Positions 55,310-64,000 of a DNA stretch of 64,000 nt are shown here, piece after piece; the stretch's first letter is position 1; the number at the start of each line of letters is the position of its first letter. A model generated the notes under the pieces. The model was not told where the DNA came from. It worked only from the letters and a program-made list of their open reading frames with translations, and made no database searches. The translations under genes were made by a program, and so were the position numbers. Origin of the DNA: Salpingoeca rosetta (Eukaryota; Protista; Choanoflagellata); NCBI GenBank assembly GCA_033442325.1, contig JAWQFM010000015.1, positions 1,338,858 to 1,402,857 of the forward strand, in the 5' to 3' direction.

Positions 55310-55857
55310 TTTGTGTGTACTTTTGCGTGTGTGGCATGAATATACAGTATCACGATGACACTTGAGCTTCCAAAACAAAGCGCATCCCATAGTTGTTGCG
55401 TGTCAACCATGAATGGAGCTGTGTATTGCACAGTGCACCCACTCGCACGACGCGGAAGAGAATGGACGCGACGACACATGACGTGAACGAAAGGCATAAG
55501 GAAGAAGAAGAACAACAACGATGATCGTGCACAGAGTGCACGCACAAGAACACCGACAACAGCAAGCACGCACACACACACACACACACACGCACGCACA
55601 TGCACACACTTACACACACTCGCACGCACACACACGCTCACACTCACTCACACTTACACACATTTACCCACAAGCACATACACACGCGCACACACTTGTG
55701 TCTCGATTACATGCATGCGCGCAACGTCTTCCTGTCAAAGTAACTCGGCCCTCTCCACATCACCATCACACCCATGTGCGCCACACCCATGTACATCACG
55801 CCTTCGATACCAACAAACCCAACACACAGACACGCAGACAGCAAGGGCATGGGCGTG

Positions 55858-56563
55858 TTAGACGGGAATGCCGACGGTGAGGGCGAGGAAGAAGATGCCG
55901 ATGCCGAGGAAGACGGACGCGGTTGCAGCCAGGTACAGCTCCTGTGTGATAGATCTCCGGCTCTTGCTCTGGCTCACCTCATACACAAAGAACTTTCCCG
56001 AGAACACAACCCCAATCGCCAGCAACACCACAGCCAGCTGGCTGTACAGCGCGGGGCTCACAGGCGGCGAGTACACGTCCTACCATGCGGTGAGTGGAAA
56101 GGAAGGGAAAGAGGGAGGGAGGGATGGAGATAAGGGGAAGGGGAGGGGAAGTGCACGGCGGAAGGGTGAGTGAAAAGTAGGGGGTGGTGGTTGTATGGTT
56201 GTATTGAGCAAGGGAGGGAGGGAGGGAGAGCAGGACAGGGAGAGAGTGCACGAATAAACCGTGCTGGCTGTGCATACATTCTGCACACACAGTGAACGTA
56301 CACACACAATGAACACACAACACACAGCACAGTGAACACCACACAACACAACACAATGCACGCACAACACAGTGAACGTACACACACAATGAACACACAA
56401 CACACAGCACCCTGAACACCACACAACACAACACAATGCACGCACAACACAGTGAACACAACACAACACAACACCTAATACAACCCACCACCAAGCCAAA
56501 CAAACCAGCGCAACCCGCTTCCACTTGTTCCGTCTCCTCCTCCTCCTCTGTTTCCCTTACCAT
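55858..56563 (-). CDS. TMEM258: oligosaccharyltransferase subunit TMEM258/OST5 (~74 aa)
   Basis: Exon 56079-55858 encodes YSPPVSPALYSQLAVVLLAIG..FFVYEV..SITQEL..ASVFLGIGIFFLALTVGIPV*. The ATG is probably supplied by ATG|GTAAGG at 56563-56561. Confidence 0.9.
56288..56470. repeat. ~78 bp tandem duplication (about 2.3 copies) in the TMEM258 intron
   Basis: CACAGTGAACGTACACACACAATGAACACACAACACACAGCAC...CACAATGCACGCACAA occurs twice, followed by a partial third start. Confidence 0.7.
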
Positions 56564-56765
56564 GACGATGATGAGGAAGATTCGGTGGTATCTTTCGGCG
56601 ATTGGCAGAAATGACAACGCGACTGAATTCAGTGTTCATATGCACTTATTCGGTGCACCGAAGAGGACCACCACGAGTATGCGCTCCTTGCATTCCAAAC
56701 CTCACGCAAACAGCCAACAACCAGCTGAACAGCACACCAACAAGCATGATTGTGACCACAGTTCA

Positions 56766-56796
<31 letters not shown>

Positions 56797-57058
56797 TGCA
56801 GAAACACCATGCCATCGCAGCCTCCTTGTCCCCCCATTGTCATCATTCCTTTCCAAGGCCCTTGATGGAAGGCGCGACTTTGGCACGAGCACTGTTTGAA
56901 AAACGCCAGCCATCCCATACCAACCCGTCCTACCGCACGGAGACCAGTCTCATCTCCAACCATAACCACCCACAGCAACTTCTGAGGTGCGTGTTGTGTG
57001 TGTTGTGTGTGTGTGTGTGGTGTGTGTGTGCGGTGTTGTGTTGTGTGTTGTGTTGTGT

Positions 57059-57110
<52 letters not shown>

Positions 57111-57628
57111 GTGTGTGTGGTGTGTGTGTGTGGTGCTGTGCATGCTGCTTGCCTGCCACACTTCCTTCTTGCATGGCTCGCATTGTCGTTCAACGCGCCC
57201 CCCTCCCCGCCTCCTCACCCTCCCCATCACACGCCTTCTCCTCCTCCCACACCACAACAACAGTCACAACGATCACAACGACAACAATACACGTTTGCTC
57301 GCCCAGTAACAGCACAGCGTCGACAGCAACACGTACGAGGAGAGGTGCTATACATACACACCGTTCGCTTGCGGTCAGCAGCATTAACGCGCGCGCGAGT
57401 GCTGTCAAACGCTGCTTTGCTGTCAGGGCATCCTTATCTTATTCTTCTCTCGTTTGTGCCCTTGCGTGTGCGTTACGGTTGCATCGACTCAACGGCAGCA
57501 GCAGCAGGAGTAGCGACGAGTGTTTTTGACCTGATCGCGCACCAGCCCATAAGCCGCCGCCGCTGTTTCTGCGCTTTGCTTCAGTGCACGAGCACTCCTA
57601 GCGGCGCACCGTTATCATCATCATCACC

Positions 57629-58867
57629 ATGAACGCAGACAATGACACGGAAGCCCACAACAACATCGCCCTCGAATCGAGGTGTGTACACGTATGTGTG
57701 TGTGTATGTATGTGTGTGTATGTGTGTATGTGTGTATGTGTGTATGTGTGTATGTGTGTGTATGTGTGTACATGTATGTGTGTATGTGTGTATGTGTGTG
57801 TATGTGTGTACATGTATGTGTGTATGTGTGTACATGTGTGTGTGCATGCATGTGGACACTGCCACACTTCCCAACTCCCTTTCAGCATCAGCCCTTTGCG
57901 TTTGTGCGTGCTGTACCCTCCACTTCATGCACTCACACCCATCTCTGTCCTTGTGCGATGAATCACACCCCACCACCTCCTCCATGATGTGCTGTGGATG
58001 TGGATGTGTGTGTGTGTGTGTGTGTTATGGATGTGGATGTGGATGTGGATGCGTGTGGATGTGTGTATGTGTGTGTGTGTGCGTGATCATCATGGCTGTG
58101 ATAGCGATGAGGATGAGTGCTCCGTGATGCCGCCGCTGGCGATGGAACCCGGTGACGACTCCATTCTCGACCCTCTCATGCAATTGGTGCGTACCCTTAC
58201 ACAGGATGGGGGAGGGGAGGTTTGCTGAACAGCACAACACGGTTGTTAGTGTTCAGACGCATGTGCTCCTTGAGCGTGTACCCACAATCTGCTCACACAC
58301 AACTACCGCACATGGACAACTGACACGCACGCACACACGCGCGCGCGCACGCATGCTTGTATACGCGCAAACGCACACTTGCATACGCGCACACTTGCAT
58401 GCGCACAAACACGCACACATGATAGATTGACAATTTGCGGAAGCATAGTCCGCGCGGTGGCCCGCCGCCATCGGACCGGCTGACCATTGACACGTGTCGC
58501 ACCAGCAGCCCACTCATCAGCCTCCTCCTGGAAACACTCCCACCAAAGTACACGCTCAAGCTCAACCGAGCACCAAAGGCAAAGAAGCAAGGCGGCGACA
58601 ATGACAACAGCAACAGCAACAGCAATAGCAACGGTGGTGGTGGTGATGTGCAGGCGAGCAAGCCGCAGTTCGCGGCCCTGCGCGGTACCATTCTGGCGTA
58701 CTTTGAGAAGGACTTGCACGTGTTGGAGACTGTACTGCTGTTGCCATCGTGGGAGGAGTTTGCATCGGACGCCAGCGCCGTGCAGCGCGTGCTGCTCCTC
58801 ATCACCGCCATGATTGCCCTCAACCAGCAGAACACGCTCAGGTGCGTTGTGTGTTTGGGGGGGGGGG

Positions 58868-58965
<98 letters not shown>

Positions 58966-59192
58966 TGGTGGTGTGTGTGTGACTCGCATACACACTCACA
59001 TAGCACACTCGCATACACACTCGCAAAACACTCGCATACATACTCACACAAACACACACTCTCAAAAAAACACNNNNNNNNNNNNNNNNNNNNNNNNNNN
59101 NNNNNNNNNNNNNNNNNNNNNNNNNNNNNNNNNNNNNNNNNNNNNNNNNNNNNNNNNNNNNNNNNNNNNNNNNTGGTGGTGGTGGTGGTGGT

Positions 59193-59224
<32 letters not shown>

Positions 59225-59225
59225 G

Positions 59226-59287
<62 letters not shown>

Positions 59288-60562
59288 ATACAGGAGATCT
59301 TGGAACGGCACATGTGAATCCTATGAACACGCTCGCGTACACACTCACATACACACTCGCATACACACTCGCATACACACTCGCATACACACTCGCATAC
59401 ACACTCGCATACATACTCACACAAACACACACCCTCACAAACACACACCCTCACACACTCACACACTCACACACTCACACACATTCAAACTGCCATTACC
59501 ACAGCCGCAGAAGCCCGCGCCACGGTCGAGCGAGCCCGCGATTGTGCGCCCGCTCAACACGAACATCCGGGGCAGCCTTGAGTCCATTCTCATGAAGAAG
59601 CTCAACATGGGCAGTGACGGCAGCGACGCTGGTGGAAGCGGTGCGAGGGACAACAAACCTGCGCCCGGAAAGGTGTCGGAGAATGTCAAGTCGAACCTGG
59701 CGGCGCTGCTTGGCAACAAGTTCAAGCGGAAATCACGCAAGGCCGCCGCCAAGCAGGCACCACCAAGTATGTTGTGTCGAGAACAGCGTTGTGTGGCGTT
59801 TTGTTTGATCACTGTGAGGTGACACAAACACACAAACACAAACACACACTTCCACTCACACACACTTCCACTCACACACACTTCCACTCACTCACTCACT
59901 CACTCACTCACTCACTCACTCACTCACTCACTCACTCACTCACTCACTCACTCACTCACTCACTCACTCACTCACTCACTCACTCACTCACTCACTCACT
60001 CACTCACTCACTCACTCACTCACTCACTCACTCACTCACTCACTCACTCACTCATACTCACTCACACACTCACATACACGCAGCGATGTTTGGGTTCCCG
60101 CCACCACCACCTCCCCCGCCACCAATGGTTCCACCCCAAATGAATGTGGCGACCGTGAGCATCCCACCACCGCCGCCACCGCCACCTCCGCACGTGCAAG
60201 ACGGCATGCAGCGACCAGGGATCATGCTGCCAGGGCTTGGACCAAGCCCACCACCACCCCCATTTTTCCAACACGCACATGCGCATCCACATCCACATGC
60301 ACATGGCAGTGGCGGTGGTGGCGCGTGTGACAGCCCGCTGTGTCAGCAGGAGAAGGCGGATCTGAAGCAGCAGGTGGCGGACTTGCAGCACCAGTGCCAG
60401 CAGTACCGAGCGAAGACGCTTGAGCAGGCAGCCATCATTCGGCAGCTGCAGCAGGAGTGGCACAAGCCAAGCAAGACCAACAACAACAACAACAACAACA
60501 ACAACAGCAACAACAACAACAATGCGAGCCATGGCAACGGGACCAATGGCATTGGCATTGGC

Positions 60563-60594
<32 letters not shown>

Positions 60595-60964
60595 GCCGTT
60601 TCGGATCGTGGCTGTGACTGGAGGCGAGGATGGCCTCTCGGCGCTGGACACCACCAACAACAGCAGCCGCCGCAACGACGTGGATGTGATGTACGATGTG
60701 CCCAGCGACTCTGAGCAGGATCACGCCAACGACGACGGCATCAGCAGCAGCAACAGCCACAGCAACGCGGACAGCATGCACGATGATGAGGGTGGGCTTG
60801 CGCGAGTGCACTTGCATCGTCAACAGCAGCCACTTCAGGACCACCACCACCACCACCACCATGAACAACAACAGCACAGCATACAGGCGCTTGAGGCGGC
60901 TGCGTACGACAACGCAAGCTGTGACACGTTCGACACAACGGACGTGTCAGTGACAGCAGCACGT

Positions 60965-60996
<32 letters not shown>

Positions 60997-61513
60997 GCCT
61001 CCAGCACCTGCACCAGCACCGGCGGCGACAAAGGGTGGTGGGTCACCAAAGCGGAAGGGGTGGTCTGCGGCGGTGCGCATGCTGCGGGGAAGCAAGCACC
61101 AGCACAAGGACACGCCCGCAACTGCACAGGAGCCTGAGAGCAAGGCTGGCGAGGCGGAACTGGCTGCACGCGAGCACAGGGCTGCTGCTTGCCTGCAGGC
61201 ATGCGCGCGTGGGTTCCAGGCGCGCGTGGACGTGTTCCTGATGCGAGCAAAGGCGCACGACCGGCAGCGGGACGTGGAGGCGCTGTTCCGCAGCATTGAG
61301 ACGAGCTGCGTGCGTGCACGCAAAGGCATGCTGAGCACGAGCCACGCAAGTGCCATTTCCCAGCACGAACTGCGCACGCAGCGCGGGGCGCTTGTCCTCA
61401 TGCACGGACAGCGGCACACGGATGGCCAGCAGCTGGGCCGGGACGGTACGGCCGAGAGCCAGATGGACGATGTGCAGCAGCAGCAGCAGCACAACAACAA
61501 CAACAGCAACAGC

Positions 61514-61556
<43 letters not shown>

Positions 61557-61840
61557 GCAACAACAACAACAACACCTGCAGCAGCCATCATGCTGGTGGC
61601 AGGCGACAGCAACAGCAACAGAGATACCACCAGCAGAAACAACAGCAGCAGCCGGCTTTGCCGCCGCGCGTGTACGATCGAGATGAGGCATTGCAGGCGC
61701 GCACACAGAACACGGCCGACGCGTGTTTCTGCTGCAAACTGCACAAGACGTCAAACGAGCGCGGTGCACCGGTTCAGGGGCACGACAGACACCACACCCG
61801 TGGCCAGAGGGCGTCTGCTGACATGTACCAAGACCACCAC

Positions 61841-61888
<48 letters not shown>

Positions 61889-61930
61889 AGGCGACGACAG
61901 CACCGCAAGTCACACGACCCGCAGCAGCAC

Positions 61931-61989
<59 letters not shown>

Positions 61990-62584
61990 CAGGAGGCGGC
62001 GGCCGCGCCACGCGGACACGGATGACGATGATGACGACGAGGGTTGTGCGGATGCGCGCACGCGTGTGCTTGCCGTGCACGGCCCCGTTGTGCTTGAAGA
62101 CGTCATGTCGGAGAGCATGGACGGGTGGCGGCGGTGGTTCCACGGTCGGCCGCACCGGCGCGACCTCAAGCGCATGCTGCGGGAGCGCGGGCACGGGGCG
62201 TTTCTCGTGCGCGTGTCTGACTCGCACGGATGCTTTGTGGTGAGCGTGAACGACTGCAGCAGCATCCGACATTTTCTGCTTGAGAAGGACCGGTGTGGGC
62301 GGTACGGCGTTGTCGGGTGGGAGCGCAGGGACGCGCAGCGGTATCTGAGGCGACCGCTGTTTCACACCATCCAGGAGCTGCTGGTGCACTACATGTCGCA
62401 CGCCATCTCGCCCACGTGCACGCTGAAGGAGGCTGTGCTGCACGACCCAGCGCAGCCACTCAGGCTCAGCAGACATGGTGATGGTGGTGATGGTGGTGAT
62501 GGTGGTGGTTATGATGAAGGCATGGATGGCCTGTTGCGTCATGCGACGGCGGGCGCCTTTGGGCGAATGGGTTCTGCGGTGTGA
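57629..62584 (+). CDS. proline-rich, coiled-coil, IQ-motif and C-terminal SH2 adaptor protein
   Basis: Last exon 60084-62584 has poly-Pro tracts, a coiled coil, IQ-like [15 protein letters not shown] and SH2 [36 protein letters not shown]. Upstream exons (57629, ~58104, 58426, 59504) are tentative and span a gap. Confidence 0.75.
59074..59173. other. assembly gap (100 N)
   Basis: Run of N. Confidence 1.
59885..60064. repeat. (CACT)n tetranucleotide microsatellite just upstream of a splice acceptor
   Basis: About 40 near-perfect CACT units ending ~20 nt before the CAG at 60081-60083. Confidence 0.95.
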
Positions 62585-63874
62585 CGGTTGTGTTGTGTGT
62601 GTATGTGATGGTTGTGTTGTGTGTGTATGTGTGTGTGTGTTGTTGTATTGTGTGTGTGTTGTTGTATTGTGTGTGTGTGTGTTGTATTGTGTGTTGTATT
62701 GTGTGTTGTATTGTGTGTGTTGTATTGTGTGTGTGTGTGTGTGTGTGATGGTTGTGTTGTTGTGTGTGTGTACATGTGTGTTGTATTGTGTGTTGTATTG
62801 TGTGTGTGTGTTGTATTGTGTGTTGTATTGTTTTTGTTTTGTGTGTATGACGACATCAGCCGTGTCGATGCTTGCTTGCGTTACTTTTGTGGGCATGGCG
62901 ACATTTAGTGTGTGCAGATGCCTGGAGTTGGCGCCTTGTACATGGTTACTGCGTTGCTGTCGTGACATGCTGTTGTGTGCATGTACGTACTTGAAAACAG
63001 TGAACGACAACACATCAAAGGCACTAAAGGCAGGAAGTGTATGAACGCCAGCAGTCTTGCGTGGAAGGTGGTATCCTGGCCTCTTCGTTGGGATAGGAGG
63101 AAGGAGGAGGAGGTGGTGGAGAACAGACAAGGAGAAGAGAAGAAGAACACACACCACACACCACACACCACGCCCAAGCCTTGTCGCCTGGTTGTTGCCT
63201 TGTCGTGTGTGCATGTGTGTTCTGTGTGTTGGTTGCCTCGTTTGGGCCTTTGTTCTTGTTTTCTTCTTCTTCTTCTTCTTCTTTTGTCGCGTTGTTATCT
63301 TCACCTCGAGGCATGCGCACGTGCCTGCGTTGGACCCTCCCTTTGCGTTTGGTCGTTACCTTCACCAACCCACGTTGACACCCATTGAACGAACACCACC
63401 ACCCCATTTCGTTGACGATCAGTTGTTGTCTGTCTGTTCATTGTTGGGGGCGGTGTAGGAAGGAACAAAACGCAAGCACACGCACGATGGTGGCAGAAGC
63501 AAAGCAGAAGCAAAGCAGCACCAGTGGGGGCGGCGTACAAAGACGCAATCCACGCCATCGTGAGAGCAGCAAAAGAACAGAGAAGAAACAACAGCAACAA
63601 CAACAACAGCCGCGTGCACGGGAACAAGGTGAAAGGTGAAAGGTGATGCGATAGTTGATGGTTCTCACATCACATCACACCACACACCACACCACACACA
63701 CTCGCGCGCACACAGGGGGAAGGCAACCCAACAAAAGAGGGGGGAAAAGAAAACAAACACAACACACAAAGTGCGCAGTGCAAACACAACACACAAAGTG
63801 CGCAGTGCAAACACAACACAACAACACAACACAAAGTGCGAGCAACAACACGCGGGCCCCCTTCGCGCTTGCGC

Positions 63875-64000
63875 TTAGAAGGAGACAAAGTGGTGGCGCA
63901 GCGGGACGCTGGTGGCCTCCGACTCGTTGGTGCTGCGGGTGCCGTTCTCGACGGCGTTGGCCAGGGCAGGCGGACCGCACGTGTAGATGGAGATGGGGAG
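63875..64000 (-). CDS. C-terminus of a NOX/DUOX/ferric-reductase family protein (partial)
   Basis: Reverse frame reads LPISIYTCGPPALANAV...PLRHHFVSF* (TAA 63875-63877): NADPH-binding CGP motif and terminal aromatic residue typical of FNR-like dehydrogenase domains. Confidence 0.7.
   Translation of the reverse strand, partial: LPISIYTCGPPALANAVENGTRSTNESEATSVPLRHHFVSF

Overview
Eukaryotic, intron-rich, gene-dense 64 kb window with (CA)n/(TG)n microsatellites in most introns and two N-gaps. Composition and gene content (SH2 adaptor, HUNK-like kinase, GREB1, TRP channel) suggest a choanoflagellate such as Salpingoeca rosetta (inference, not verified). Most six-frame ORFs are microsatellite artefacts. 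Splicing GT-AG exons by hand gives about 14 genes: ROK fructokinase (partial), a piggyBac-derived gene with all three catalytic Asp replaced, CSN4, bacterial-type Zn threonine dehydrogenase, a ~1943 aa GREB1-like protein, a ~2440 aa WD40-TRP channel fusion, CCDC50-like, HUNK-like kinase, a sulfotransferase-like protein, an intronless 7-blade propeller, a RUN-C1-RH (PLEKHM1/DEF8-like) protein, NDUFB8, TMEM258/OST5 and an IQ-SH2 adaptor, plus the 3' end of a NOX/ferric-reductase gene. Best leads: (1) the GREB1 homologue keeps apparently intact, circularly permuted SF2 helicase motifs fused to a JGT/TAGT-type glycosyltransferase, so it may be an ATP-driven nucleic-acid glycosylation enzyme; (2) the WD40-TRP channel; (3) the domesticated dead piggyBac; (4) a strand-aware polarity of UG and CA repeats around exons. 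All homology calls come from recalled family motifs, not database searches.
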